A DNA stretch of 63,353 bases, filler included, from Octopus bimaculoides (taxonomy: Eukaryota): assembly GCF_001194135.2 (NCBI RefSeq). It is 5 parts of 4 records of this genome, joined end to end, with 100 filler letters (N's around TTAATTAATTAA, not from the genome) between each part and the next. Parts side by side here need not be neighbours in the genome. Positions count along the whole stretch, not along the records: positions 1 to 31,246 come from NC_068984.1; positions 31,347 to 38,845 come from NC_068997.1; positions 38,946 to 52,707 come from NC_068982.1; 2 more parts are not named here. One strand, 5' to 3'. The translations under genes and the position numbers were made by a program. The notes below the pieces were generated by a model. That model had not been told where the DNA came from, did no database searches, and saw only the letters and a list, made by a program, of their open reading frames with translations. This document shows, one piece after another, positions 26,830 to 40,714 of the stretch (its first letter is position 1; every line of letters starts with the position of its first letter).

Positions 26830-27350
26830 TGCTATCTTGCTATCTTGCTATCAATCCATCGTTCTTCATTCATTTATCCATCCACCTAATTATCTATGTA
26901 TCTATCTATCTACCAATATATCAATCTACGCACACATATTTACAGTATTTTATTCTATTTTATTTTTATCTTATTTCATTTATTTTATTTTATATCGTTT
27001 TTCGTTATTTTATTTATTTTAGATCATTTGATATATTTTATTTCTCTTATGCCATTTTTATTCATTTTTGTTTCAATTTGAATATTTTGGTTTATTATAT
27101 TTTATTAAATTATTTTGTTTTATTTGTCATTCATTTTATTTTATTTCATTTTATTTATCGTACGTATTTCTTTTCTTTTATTTTTTATAATTTTATTGTA
27201 TCTATTTTATTTATTCATTTATTTTATTCCATGTTATTTTATATTTTTATATTATTTTATTCAGTTCATTTTTATTTTATTTTATTATATTATCCTTTGT
27301 TTTTACCTTATTGTATCGTATTTTATATCTATTTTATTTTATATACATAT
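26600..27350. repeat. (TATC)n, (TCAA)n, (TA)n and degenerate (TATTT)n low-complexity block
   Basis: Directly visible. Confidence 0.85.
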
Positions 27351-27984
27351 ATGTCACATATTCTTAATAAAATATTGCGTTGTCAGATAAATTAGTTCGT
27401 GTTTGTCTACTTGGCACTTTATCGTCCTATGTTTAACAAGAACTAAAATTTATTCAAATTAATAAAATAAAACTATAAAAAAGAAATGAGTTTTAGAGGG
27501 AAAATAAAGTTACAGAAAACGAAAAAAAAAATAACATTACGATAAAAGCACTTTTCGTGTTTAAATAACTTTGGAAAAGATTAAAATGAATAGTGAATGG
27601 TAAAAATTGACAATGGGAACAAATATGGGTTTCCGGTTTTGGCACAAGGCCAGTAATCTCCGGAGAGAGTGTAAGTCGATTATATTTACACCAGTACTCA
27701 TCTGGTACTTATTTTAGCGACTTCGAAAGGATCAAGTGCAAAGTCACCTCGGCTGGAATTTGAACTCAGAAAGTAAAGACAGATGAAATGTTGCTAAGCA
27801 TTGTGCACAGCAGGATAATGACTCTGCCAGAAAACCGAAAACCAGAAAAAAATATTTAAAATGATTGAAGATGACCTTACTGCGAATATTATTTGTATCA
27901 ATTTGTAATAAATGTTATTTCTTTAACATCCGACATAATTTCATGGCATCAGTAACTCTTCCGTTCGTCCATTCTAAATTACTA

Positions 27985-28315
27985 AAATTTATTTGCTTTG
28001 CAACCAAATGGTTTCAAGATATGTATCACTGCGCGACACATTAGGAAAGTGTCTTCTCATATATTGGACCGATCAATGCTACCTTGTGCATGAATTTGGT
28101 AGAGGGAAACTGTGTGAAACCCTGTTGTATATATGTGTGCCTGCGGTTGCGCGTGTGTGTCTTTGAGTCTGTTTTTGTCACCTCATCACCGCTTGGCCAC
28201 CAGTTTGGCATTGTTTGCGTCACAATAGCTTAGTGGTTCGGCAAAAAGAACGATATAAATACCCAACTTTAAAAAAACTGGCATCGATTTGCTCGATTAA
28301 AACGTTTCAACGGAA
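27985..28315 (+). mobile_element. SINE family A old copy
   Basis: aagtgtcttct...ggaaactg...tagtggttcggcaaaa...cgatttgctcga. Confidence 0.65.
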
Positions 28316-30827
28316 ATGTAAAGTCTGTGGAAATCTTGCTGTACTGTGGAATTTTGTAAGGTGAGATTTATTTTCCTAGCATGGAAGCCATTGGAAAAAT
28401 AAAACGCCTTAAGTTACGGCGAGATATTCAGAAAAACATCGCTTCCTTAACATGGCTGAGCTCCTGTTTTTGTGGTTTTTATTTGTTTAGATTCCACACA
28501 TTTATTTCTGCAGACGTTGTTTTCTCATTCGTACGTTTTGAAGCTTTTCATTGACCAATGTTCACCCTCGTTCTCGCTATCAGCCATTTTCACTATATTT
28601 ACCCTTATTTTAATTGGGGATTGCGTTGTTTGTCGTGTCCTTTTAAGTACGGTATGTCCGCACATTTTATTTGTCTATTCGGCGATAGATTAGTCTCTGT
28701 TGGACTATTTCGCTCCTATATCCGGTTTAATTTAACTTTAGCGACAGCGGCATTAAATACAACCACTCAGTGGAGTTGACAATTAATGTCTCTAAATCCG
28801 TTGTCTTGTTTTCTATTTATTCTACCCATATCTCTAAATTGGTTCTTTTTTTTATATTTTGCTATTTTTTCAAGGTTCTATCTCTGGCTTCTGTTCTGGT
28901 AGTTCGAAATTGGTGTTCTATAAATTTCCACATGACCATGTGGTTATTGCTATTTCCACTACCATTAATTCATCACATATTTGCAATTAACAAAGGTTTA
29001 ACTCAAGAACTTTATTCTGGTGTTTGCTAAATGACATCTTCTCATTCCTTCTATTGAATGAGCACATTTGTCGCCTAATGGCTTTGTAATTTTCTGCAAG
29101 GCGTAAGGAAATTTCTCCAACTATTTATGGCAAGAATAGCAGTGCCTATTATTGCTCACTTTATATTTATATTCATATTTTCCATATATGGAAATACAAG
29201 TGTATGTTATGCTTGTGTCCGTATATATATGTATATCCATATGTGTGAGTCGGGGCACATAAATACAAGCATGCATGTAGGTAAGGGCGTGTGCGTACGT
29301 TGAATTGCATCTTTCAGCATTTCTTTATGTGCAGCATGTTGCGTATATGCATATATGCTGTGCTGATTGTGCAGAAGGTCGACTGGTCTAGGCATACAAT
29401 TATGTATATGCCTGTGCCTAGTGGTGTTATATCTATATTTACACGTATATCTAAAGCTCGTGCGTCTGTGCGTGATATGAAGCATGTGTATATACGAATT
29501 TTTCTGTATGTACAACACTATACGTGTGTATGCTTGTATGGTTGTACGTTTGTATGTCGTACGAACGTATACATGTAGATATGTATGTAGATGGTTATGT
29601 AGACATTGAGTGTATCCGCTTCCAACGTATTCCGTAGTATACGCAAGAGTATGTGTATATATATATATATATAAATACAGGGTGTATGCAACAACGTTTC
29701 AGATGGTGTGCGCGTGTATGCATTTTTGCATGCAAATACATATGTAAGGATGATTGCGCCTGCCAATGCAGGTGTGTTTGTGCAGATGATGATGATGATG
29801 ATGATGACGACGACGATGGTGGTGATGATGATGAAAGTATGTACGTATACCTATGGTAGTGCTGGTAGTTGCGTAAGTAAGTACGTACGTATGAATGTAT
29901 GTATGTATGTATGTACGCATGTATGTATGAGTGTATATATATGTATGTATCATTTACCTCTCTTTCCTCTTGCTCTGTCTAACCCCTTCTCTTTGTCTAT
30001 ATACACATGCATATATGTATATANNNNNNNNNNNNNNNNNNNNNNNNNNNNNNNNNNNNNNNNNNNNNNNNNNNNNNNNNNNNNNNNNNNNNNNNNNNNN
30101 NNNNNNNNNNNNNNNNNNNNNNNNNNNNNNNNNNNNNNNNNNNNNNNNNNNNNNNNNNNNNNNNNNNNNNNNNNNNNNNNNNNNNNNNNNNNNNNNNNNN
30201 NNNNNNNNNNNNNNNNNNNNNNNNNNNNNNNNNNNNNNNNNNNNNNNNNNNNNNNNNNNNNNNNNNNNNNNNNNNNNNNNNNNNNNNNNNNNNNNNNNNN
30301 NNNNNNNNNNNNNNNNNNNNNNNNNNNNNNNNNNNNNNNNNNNNNNNNNNNNNNNNNNNNNNNNNNNNNNNNNNNNNNNNNNNNNNNNNNNNNNNNNNNN
30401 NNNNNNNNNNNNNNNNNNNNNNNNNNNNNNNNNNNNNNNNNNNNNNNNNNNNNNNNNNNNNNNNNNNNNNNNNNNNNNNNNNNNNNNNNNNNNNNNNNNN
30501 NNNNNNNNNNNNNNNNNNNNNNNNNNNNNNNNNNNNNNNNNNNNNNNNNNNNNNNNNNNNNNNNNNNNNNNNNNNNNNNNNNNNNNNNNNNNNNNNNNNN
30601 NNNNNNNNNNNNNNNNNNNNNNNNNNNNNNNNNNNNNNNNNNNNNNNNNNNNNNNNNNNNNNNNNNNNNNNNNNNNNNNNNNNNNNNNNNNNNNNNNNNN
30701 NNNNNNNNNNNNNNNNNNNNNNNNNNNNNNNNNNNNNNNNNNNNNNNNNNNNNNNNNNNNNNNNNNNNNNNNNNNNNNNNNNNNNNNNNNNNNNNNNNNN
30801 NNNNNNNNNNNNNNNNNNNNNNNNNNN

Positions 30828-30903
<76 letters not shown>

Positions 30904-31067
30904 TGCTGTAATTTCAAGTCTATTAGATCTCGCAAAAGCTGACATTTTTGACCTAAATAAACGGCATGTTCACTATCGATTTTTGTCCCCTACTGTCAGA
31001 CCCTACCCACCACCACCTCCATCACCACCACCATCTCTCTCTCTCTCTGTCTTTTTCTCTCTTTTTG

Positions 31068-31110
<43 letters not shown>

Positions 31111-31246
31111 CCTTCACTCTCTCGGGTGGTGGTAGAAGAGCATGTGTTGAAGGTGGTGATGGCGGCGAAGATGGCTGTTGCTGCTCTTTGTGTTGTTGTT
31201 GCTGTTGTTGTTGTTGTTGTTGATTGTGGTGGGGAAGATATTGGTG

Positions 31247-31346
31247 NNNNNNNNNNNNNNNNNNNNNNNNNNNNNNNNNNNNNNNNNNNNTTAATTAATT
31301 AANNNNNNNNNNNNNNNNNNNNNNNNNNNNNNNNNNNNNNNNNNNN
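31247..31346. other. Synthetic scaffold-join spacer
   Basis: 44 N + TTAATTAATTAA + 44 N. Confidence 0.97.
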
Positions 31347-31382
<36 letters not shown>

Positions 31383-31384
<2 letters not shown>

Positions 31385-31530
31385 GACGGGCTTCTTTTCA
31401 GTTTTCGTCTACCAAATCCACTCACAAGACTTTGGTCGTCCCGAAGCTACAGCAGAAGACAGTTGCTCAAGGCGCAGTGCGAATGAATCCAGAACCATGT
31501 GGCTGGTAAGGAAGTTACTTACCGTAGAGT
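31383..31530 (-). mobile_element. SINE family A 5' half
   Basis: acgacgggcttcttttcagttt...ctaccaaatccactcacaagactttggtc is the reverse complement of the family A head. Confidence 0.8.
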
Positions 31531-31541
31531 CACTTCTGCGC

Positions 31542-31585
<44 letters not shown>

Positions 31586-31672
31586 ACACACACACACATA
31601 TATATATATACATATAGTGTGTGTGTGTGTATATGTGTGTGTATATGTGTGCGTGTGCATGCGTGCGTGTGC

Positions 31673-31703
<31 letters not shown>

Positions 31704-33554
31704 CGTCCGTGTGTGTGCCGTTCTATCATTACTAAATCTAATAAAGGTAATGCATCGACATATGTCCTGTAACTGTAAACACCACTTTCAGAATTCTGAG
31801 ACGGAATCTCTTGCTTGACATAGCCTGGGTGATTATTTTATTTAATGCTACTTTATGAGTAACAGAAGAATGTAAGTTAATGGTGCCGTGCACAGAATTT
31901 GAACCTAGAACCTAAGGGTCCATAACTATACACTAAATGAAAGTTCTTTTGGGGCTCTATCAAATTTACGAAATCATCGTCTTGTTGTTGAGGTCTACTC
32001 TGTGAAAACATTTCGATATGGAAAGTCTAGGTATCTGAGTTCTTAGTAAAACGTAGTTGGTTATTTCATGGCATTTGTGCGAATGAGTTCGATTGCAGCT
32101 GTGTTGGTCGGAGATATAACATTTCCCCTCTTTTCTCCTTGGTTGATTCATATGTTATGTATTAGGAAAGTACAACAATGAGGTTCATATTTCGATGTTG
32201 TCGTCTAATGAAATGATTAATAATCGAATTGATTTATTATTGATTATTAATACATGCATAATAAAATATCCGAAATATCAATAACTTGTTTACTATCTTT
32301 TGTTTATTTCAATTCTGTGTGACTCTTGTTACTGCGTTATTGCCCGAGTCCGTATTAACGACGCTTCACAGACTGCGTGATGTGGGCGTGGGAATTGCAA
32401 GATATGGCGAGAATTGAGCGCTAATTCCTGTGGCGCAATCAGCTCATTAATAGTTAAATATATCGCCATACTCAAAATCCATTTACACAATTTCCAGTTA
32501 TATATATATTTTTTTCCGCTGAGATCAAGTCTATCAGGAATTTTACAAAATAGACTTTGTTTTTCTAACACGTATTTTTCCAAATAAATATTAATCCACA
32601 ATTTTTTGCTTTTCTTTTTAAATATTTTAACTTTTTTTTGTTTTGAGCTAAACATATATTGTATTTAATGCAAATTAAAATATTATTTTGTATTTTGAAT
32701 TTGAAAACGTTACGTTCATATACACTTTTTCCACTTTATAAGCTCTATCAATTGTTAATAATTAAAAAATATCATTATGAAATAATGTTTTTAAGCAGAA
32801 GGAAATTATTGAAAAATGTTGATGGTGTATTTATTCTAAGCCCTCCCTTAGAATTATTATGGATTAGAATGTCAACACAATGAGTTTTGAATCTAACTTT
32901 TTTGAAACAAAATCTGGCAGCGGGGTCTGCTCATAACACCAGTAAGTGGCTAAAATGTAAAGAAGTTTGAATGCCTACATCTATTTAGTTATTCCAAAGA
33001 AAGAAGTTCTTAGTTTTCTAAGTTAGCATTTAGAATGAGAGCTGGAACGATACCACTATATGGAATTAGAGTTTAGTCTAGTTACAGACCTTCCATTTTA
33101 TGACAATGAAGAACTCGAGCAAGTCTCAATCTTTGTGTTGTTTTCAGTGAATACTAATTGTCTTCAGTTGACTATTGTAGCGAGTGAAAATGTATTTCTT
33201 TTTTTTTTATCTGTATACAGACTTGAAGTATATACACTGTAGAAAGCCTTCTAAACAGGTATCTTGGGAAAGCATCTTTTATAGACATATAGTGTTAAAA
33301 ACAAAGAAAAATATCAGCCGGTGAAGATCATCTAGCAGCGGTGGTGGAGTTGCTAGATCAGGAATTTTGCTTATTAGCTTCACCATTAGCAAAAATCTAC
33401 GCCACCACATGCCAAGCAAACATTGTCTGTCTGCCGATATAGTTAAGTAGTGATTGAAAGCTCACTGATGTCGCATTTAGCCGGCAGGCTGAACAAAAAT
33501 TCGTTATTAGCAATGGAAGCGTAGTTCAAAATTACCGATCTACATATATACCTA

Positions 33555-33641
<87 letters not shown>

Positions 33642-35029
33642 CGCACACACACATTGTACAAAGCCTTCTGAACTGCGGCATTAGATGTGTTTTCTATGCG
33701 CCCTGAGTTCTAGCTTTTCATGACAGTATATTGCTGCATGCAACAGATGCCACCATTGTTATGCTGCCGACAACTTCAAAGACGTGGAGATGAAGTTTAT
33801 ATGTATAATGTATAGTTTAAATGAAATGCGAACATGCCTCTAAACATACACACATACATATTTAATGAGTATAAGTATACATTATTGGATGGCCATCAGC
33901 TCATGATTTCATTCGCATTTGGATGATTATTGCTTTTTGTCCTGCAGGTTGTCCAAAATCGCCTTCCTCACTAACAAAGCTAAAAAGGTTGTTAGTTTAG
34001 TCGCCGTTGAATTGAACATGCAAAATGTTGTGCTGATTACATGTTAGCAGCATGGCTCACTTGCAGCTTGATCGTACATGTATGTGTGTGGTGGTATGGA
34101 TTCTTGTTTGCATGTGACCTTCATTGAAGCCATTCGTATGTGTAAGACAAACGTATGTATGTAGCTAATAGAGAGTTCCTGATTTATGTAAATGCATATA
34201 AAAGAATAATTCACTAAAATTTCTCACAATGAGTATCTCTCTCTATCTTTCTCCCTATCTAACTAAATCAACTCTCATCACTACCATTATCTGTCATCGA
34301 CAGCAACATAACCACTATTGAAACACCAAAAACGAATGCATACTCCGCCATAACCAGCCTCCCAACTTCTTTAATGGCCTACAATAATATGCAATAGCAG
34401 CAATAGTATGAAGAAGATAATCAATTCCATCTAAAATAAAAGACGATTACCAGTGATAATGTGGTACCCTCGTGTATTTTTAATGAAATGTCTTTGATTT
34501 TAGGTGAATGAGGATTGACTTAACCCTAAATAATACAAACATACAAATCGCAAGAACAACCCAATGACCGACACCACCGACAGAATACATCACCATCAAC
34601 ATAATCACCAGTACCAAACTCAATACAAACAACACCATTGGCATTGACCCTGATAACTTTTGAACAACCAACTAGTAACAACACTAATAACTTCAGAACG
34701 ATAGTGATGTCTGTAGCTACATATGTTGGATGCTAAAATAAGTGTGTACTTATGTGTCTGAGTGAGTAGGATGTGAAGTTTTGAGGACTTAAATCAGTGG
34801 TATAAGGGACGAAGTACCCACGAACCTGGCAACCCTTCAAAGTATCTGCAATTATAAAGAACTTTCTCCTTTTCCATTCTTTAACTCATACATATCCCTG
34901 TGTTCATTTTTAAATCCATTGAAATAATACAATATTTTGCCATCACAAAGCAGTTCTTTCTGGATTCTACTTTTTAAAGTACATTTTTGTTGCAGATAAT
35001 ACCCTCTGTTGTTGGATTTATCTACATTT

Positions 35030-36350
35030 TAAGATGTCTGGAAAGAAATCAAGTCGAACTGAAGCTATGCGAAAAGGAACCGAAAAGGGATTACACTGGA
35101 TATTGAAGTTGTGTTAAAAAGGTTTGATGCATGAGAAAAAAAAAAAAGATAAATCGCATTCCTAAAACATTAAAGCTTGCGACGTTTACTGTATTTGAAA
35201 ATAGAGAGAAAATTGAGTCTTGAGTTTATGGATCAAGGATCAGATTCGACGTAATGTGCCGTTAAGAATAATGGTAAAAAAAAAACAAAAAAAAAACAAG
35301 CTCCTCTGATGATTTACAGAAAATAGATGCTGAAAACTTCTATTGAAAAACCTTTCCTGGTAAGTAAAAGCTGGTTTAAGAAGCACTTAAATTTGCACAG
35401 CATAAAAAATGACTGTTGAAGCTGTCACTTCTGATACAGAGACGCTACTAATCATTCTGAGCAGCTGAAGGAAATGGTTACTAAAGGAAGTTGCACACCC
35501 GAATAAGTATACAATACTGATGAAAGTGCACTTTTCTGTAATAGCTTGCCTAGAACTTTCTCGATAAAAAAAAAGATACTAGGATTTAAAACTTCCAAAA
35601 ATAGTCTGATGCTTCTTCTAGGAGAAAACGCCTCTGGTGATATGAAATTAGAGTCTCTGTTAGTGTATCACTCAGAAAATCCAAGGGATTTTAAGGGTTA
35701 CTCAAAGTTTATTGTACCTCTGATTTGAGAGACTTTTCGATGAGGATTTTCAAACATTTTTGTCCAGCAATAGAGAGATAGTGTCAAACATAATATTATT
35801 ATTAAAACATTGCTCCTTTTAGAGACTAGGCTAAGCTATCCGGTAGACCATCTGAGCTATCTGACCAATGGATGAAGTGTATTAGTTAACTTCAGGCTAA
35901 TTTAATAGGTATTTGAGAAGCAACTGACAGCGAGGATAATCGTACTGGAAATTCAACACAATAGATACTCTAGATAACATAACAGAGTCAACTTTGGTAC
36001 TCAGAAAAATATACGACCAAACTGTTGAAAGTCTACATCAAGTTCAGCGATTTATCATGACACTTTCAAATGATGTTGGGTCATAAAATATGATGTGGTT
36101 GAGTTGCTAATGTCCCACAGAGAGAGTTTTATGTAACAAGTGGCTGATGCTATTAGATCAACACCAAGATCAGAATATGGAAGTTCCACCATCTTCGCTT
36201 AAATTGACTGCAAAGACTATAACCAAAGTGTTGGCACTTTTATAGGAAGGTTTCCACATTTTTGCTGATAACGACTCTAATCCAGAACGTATATAGTAAA
36301 CTACTTTTAGAGTTTACAACGAGCTGCATACCTACAATGAATTGTACAAG
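35030..36350 (+). mobile_element. Tigger/pogo (TIGD1-like, DDE_1) transposase pseudogene
   Basis: VYNTDESALFCNSLPRTFSIKKKILGFKTSKNSLMLLLGENASGDMKLESLLVYHSENPRDFKG; many stops and frameshifts; boundaries approximate. Confidence 0.88.
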
Positions 36351-36569
36351 GAGATGACGTACCATAAGCATCCTTGAAATGGCTGCTCCTGCTGATGAAC
36401 TAAGATAATGTCTTTCATTCTCCCAGTAACTTCCATTCCATCAACATGCATTACACAATAGTCATTATCTTTTGGGGTAAGAATATACTCTATTGTGATA
36501 CTACGATTCTTGTTCCCCAACGTATTTCTCCACAAATGCTTTAATGTATATATATTTTACTGTGTACGT

Positions 36570-37017
36570 TCAGAAATGATTTTCATGCATAAAAGTGGTC
36601 GTGTTGCTTTCTTCCCCCCTTTTTCTTGTTGTATTCTTTTCCGAAGAATTTTCACTATGTAACATATATAAAAAAAACCATAAGGAAGTTAATTTCGCGT
36701 TCTGGGATTTCGTCCTCCGACAAGATTTCCAGGTACACATTATTTCTATAACGAGAGCGATTCCTGTAAATATTAGAATCATAATGTCTGTATAGTAATC
36801 TTTATCGCCACTTGAATATGGTTGTTCCGTAGGAGCCAACGTTACTACCATTTAAACCCCAGGAGGACGACTCTTCCAGTTGGTTATTCGATGCAATCTG
36901 CACCCGATATATATTGCAAGCAGGGGAGTGAACCCCTACCATCTTCTAGCCACGAGACCACCAAAGCGTACGGTTTCGAGGTGTTTATGTTCATCCTCGG
37001 TGGTGGATACTCGTCAA
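36570..37017 (-). pseudogene. Decayed exon encoding an FN3 domain, stalk, transmembrane helix and basic cytoplasmic tail
   Basis: Phase-1 acceptor ctgctatttccag; DEYPPPRMNINTSKPYALVVSWLEDGRGSLPCLQY / YRVQIASNNQLEESSSWGL / MVVTLAPTEQP...IMILIFTGIALVIEIMCTWKSCRRTK in three frames. Confidence 0.45.
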
Positions 37018-37129
37018 CTGGAAATAGCAGTTGTTCGCTCCAACTCGCAATATTTTAAAAATAAGTGACACCCAGTCACTGATCTTGACGCTCAGTGAAA
37101 ACTTTAGATGAATGAATAGGAGTAGAAAT

Positions 37130-37156
37130 GACGTTTCGAGTATGGCTTTTCGTCAG
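37130..37156 (-). ncRNA. Degenerate minimal hammerhead motif (Penelope-type)
   Basis: CUGACGA-AAAGCCAUACUC-GAAACGUC; stem II eroded. Confidence 0.4.
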
Positions 37157-37395
37157 ATACAGAGAAAAGTCCAGACAGGGCTAAAAGAGGAAGGAGCTGA
37201 TAGTCTAGAGAAAAGTACGTGTGCTGTTACATGTCGTTACTGGACTTAATTGCCATTTGGTAATTCTGACACATCATCTGGAGGTGGAGATAATTTAAAG
37301 AATTTATGTTGTATGGTATTTGATATACTTCTATTTGTCTGTTGCTCATATACGTGGCATTGTGCATTTAGAGATATTTCTCTTAGCTCATAGTT

Positions 37396-37467
<72 letters not shown>

Positions 37468-37706
37468 GTATGCGTCGTCGGCAGCCCCATTATGCGTTGC
37501 CATTTCAAGCGTGTTCTTTACTATCGTTACATTTCTAGTGATTAATTTGTTCTTTACCCCATTCTCTTCAATACTCTCTTACTTTTTCTTTTTTCTTCAT
37601 CTCCTTCATTACTTGTCCCCCGTTTTACTATGCTTTAGTTTAAAATAACATAAAATAACACCCCCTTATACACACACACACATGTATGTATATCCATGTG
37701 TGTAAG

Positions 37707-37738
<32 letters not shown>

Positions 37739-38845
37739 TATGTATAGGTGTGTATTTATGTACATAAGTATGCATATACACAAACATATGTATGTATCTA
37801 TATGTGTATATATATCTTTATGACTTGTCACTTTGTCTTTTTTTCTCCCTGTCTCGTTTATATTTAAATCTGAAATGGTTTTCTGATTACCATGTTCCAT
37901 TGATTTCTCCCGAAGATATGGTTAACACGTCACTGTTAAATTAATTAGTTATATATTTTAATTATCTAATTATATAAATAATGCTGTTTTATTCCGTTGC
38001 AACAGCTGTAAAGAACAATAAATTTACAAACAATATGTGAAATTTATTCTTTTCTGTATATTATTCTAAACACGCTGATTATGTATATACATGCAAGTTC
38101 ATTCCAGCAGGATTTACTGCACTGTAATAAAGTTTTGGAGTTTGATGACATCATTCATAGCTCAGTGGTGTGTTTTTCACTCGTATTGTCTCTGAGGAGA
38201 ATTATTTCTCTGAAGCTAATTTCTGCAGTGTATGTATTTTACATCCGATTGTCCTCGAACATGTGAAATATTACTGTACACTTACACTTTCATTCAACTC
38301 TGCTTAATGCGCCTACGATTAATTAATTCCAACTTGAGAAAGCTTTGTGTCCATCAACAAATGTACCATTTACTGTTTTTATATAAGAACAAAAAGTTCC
38401 AAGTAGTGGTGAGTAATGAATCGGTACCCATAGCTGAGGACCTGCAATGACGCAGAAATGATTGCATACATACGGTCTAATGATGTAATTTAAAGTCCAA
38501 TAGTGTATTTTTCCCGCATTGTCCGTAAGGAGAATTTTGTTTTTCTCCTTCAAAAAATTTCAGCGACGTATGTCTTTTCCAATCCGAGTATACAAGAACA
38601 TGTTAAATATGACTGTACACACCTATATTTCATTATTTCATTCAACGCTACTTAGTATTTCTCTGACCAATGCATATATATATATATATATAACAATACA
38701 TGTGTGTGTAAATATACACACGTATATATATATATATATATATATATATTTAATTTGGGGTTTGGTTTGCAAGATTCTTTATATGAGTTCGTGTGTTGAA
38801 GCATATACTCTTGTGTCTGGGGAGAGTCATTCTCTTTTATGCCTT

Positions 38846-38945
38846 NNNNNNNNNNNNNNNNNNNNNNNNNNNNNNNNNNNNNNNNNNNNTTAATTAATTA
38901 ANNNNNNNNNNNNNNNNNNNNNNNNNNNNNNNNNNNNNNNNNNNN
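38846..38945. other. Synthetic scaffold-join spacer
   Basis: 44 N + TTAATTAATTAA + 44 N. Confidence 0.97.
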
Positions 38946-38998
<53 letters not shown>

Positions 38999-39021
38999 TA
39001 TAGAGTAGGAAAGATACATAC

Positions 39022-39099
39022 TTATGTGAATGGGATCTGGAGCTTTAAGATGGATGTTTGGGGACAGAACACTTTGAACAGTTATCAAAAATGTACCAC
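39022..39099 (-). CDS. Internal coding exon (phase 1-1): GTFLITVQSVLSPNIHLKAPDPIHI, last strands of Ig-like beta-sandwich
   Basis: Acceptor catttttgtgatttcag, donor GTATGT; in phase; within track ORF 38894..39109. Confidence 0.87.
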
Positions 39100-39345
39100 C
39101 TGAAATCACAAAAATGTTAACATAAGATTAGCTCATATGATTATATATTGAATGCATATTCCTATATAAGTGGTAAATTTATAGAATTTCATGTAACACT
39201 TTAAGAGCTAGTTTGAATCAGTTGGTCAGTTAGTTGGTTGATCACCTTAACTGTCTGCCTCTCACTTTTTTTTAATATAGCAAAATGAGAGAGATCAAAG
39301 CTTGTCTGCAACTAGTATAATATCCGTAACTTAAAGTTACAGATC

Positions 39346-39730
39346 ATCATCATCATCATCATCACTGTTTAACGTCCGCTTTCCATGCTAGCATGGGTTG
39401 AACGATTTGACTGAGGACTGGTGAATCAGATGGCTACACCAGGCTCCAATCTGATTTGGCAGAGTTTCTACAGCTGGATGCCCTTCCTAACACCAACCAC
39501 TCCGAGAGTGTAGTGGGTGCTTTTACATGCCACCGGCATGAAGGCCAGTCACACGGTACTGGCAAAATGGTGTATTTTACGTGCCACCTGCACAGGAGCC
39601 AGTCCAGCGGCACTGGCAACGATCTCGCTCAAATGTCTTTACACGTGCCAGGAAGGCGATGATGGGCATAGGTGCCATCTTGATTTCGCTTGCCCCAACA
39701 GGTCTTCGCAAGTCGAGTTTTGTGTCCAAT
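39346..39730 (-). mobile_element. Retroposon family D with (GAT)n tail (probably RTE-LINE 3' end derived); copies also ~41150-41365(+), 43645-43870(-), 44190-44920(+), 45600-45705(+)
   Basis: Shared gttaggaagggcatccagctgtagaaac...catgctagcatggaaagcggacgttaaac-(gat)n. Confidence 0.8.
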
Positions 39731-39907
39731 GAAAAACGACATTATTATACTAAAACTTTTCTAAAATACTGATTACATTGAAAATTAACAGAAACAAATT
39801 AGTCTATTTGTTAAAAACATAGTCATGAAAAGAGTAAATACTGTGCTTGAATATGAAAAAATTCATCTATAATTTCAAAATTATATTTTTGTTATAGAAA
39901 TACTCAC

Positions 39908-40003
39908 TGGAGAAAATTTTGATATCATCAAATATGGCAACATTCATTTTACTATCTTTACACGGGAGTAGCTGTGATCTGATACAGCCACCAATTGTGG
40001 CAC
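39908..40003 (-). CDS. Internal coding exon (phase 1-1): ATIGGCIRSQLLPCKDSKMNVAIFDDIKIFS(S)
   Basis: Acceptor ctttctttcttcattacag, donor GTGAGT; open and in phase. Confidence 0.9.
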
Positions 40004-40216
40004 CTGTAATGAAGAAAGAAAGCAGAAAAAAACTTATTACATAGTGGAGCTTTATTTAGTTCTAGAATAGCTGAATTATAATAACTGCCCACGACCTTTT
40101 ACAGGGCCTCTAAGACTAATGGGAGGGAGGGAAATATCCTCAAACCAAATAGTCTGAATGTTTTCAATAGAGTGGATTCTACTGAAGAAATTGAAGGTGC
40201 CATATCAAAGCATTAA

Positions 40217-40438
40217 TCCTTTAGTATTCAGATTACTTTATGAAATGTAATCCTTATTTATTCATATTGTTTAGAATTAATCATGCATTATCTTGTAGCT
40301 TTGATATTTTTACTTGATCTGATTGCATATGTTTTCAATGATATTATAGGATAGGTGTGAGAAACTGGAATTGGCTGGTTTAAACATGAAATAGTCAGAA
40401 TATTTTGGCTGGATATGGCTGGTTTAAATACTAAAGGG
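40217..40438. mobile_element. piggyBac-like MITE
   Basis: TTAA|(t)cctttagtatt ... aatactaaaggg|TTAA terminal inverted repeats with TTAA on both sides. Confidence 0.75.
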
Positions 40439-40714
40439 TTAAAGCAGGCAACAGATTAAGTCCATAACTTTCAGTGCTGGCTTTAACCAGTTCTCATAAC
40501 CATCTCCTGAAATATTGATTTCTAACATAGGTACATGATCAGGACAGGGACATAGTTGATTAAATCAACTCCATTACTGGAAGATGAAAAGCAAATTTGC
40601 TAATGATGAAATTTGAACTAAGAATGGAAAAAAAACCACTACTGTGGAATTTAGTTTGATGCTCTACCGATTCTGCCAGCCAACTCCTGAATCATTCACA
40701 ATAGAAAAACTTAC

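Noticed and set aside
28480-29150. Stop-interrupted minus-strand reading frame in unique sequence
   Set aside because: No recognisable domain motif; cannot be distinguished from random AT-rich sequence without a search
38323-38441. Terminal exon SPQLWVPIHYSPLLGTFCSYIKTVNGTFVDGHKAFSSWN* for the main gene
   Set aside because: Phase-compatible, but it lies across a synthetic join in a non-CpG-depleted scaffold, and an alternative frame looks like an Ig relic; left uncalled
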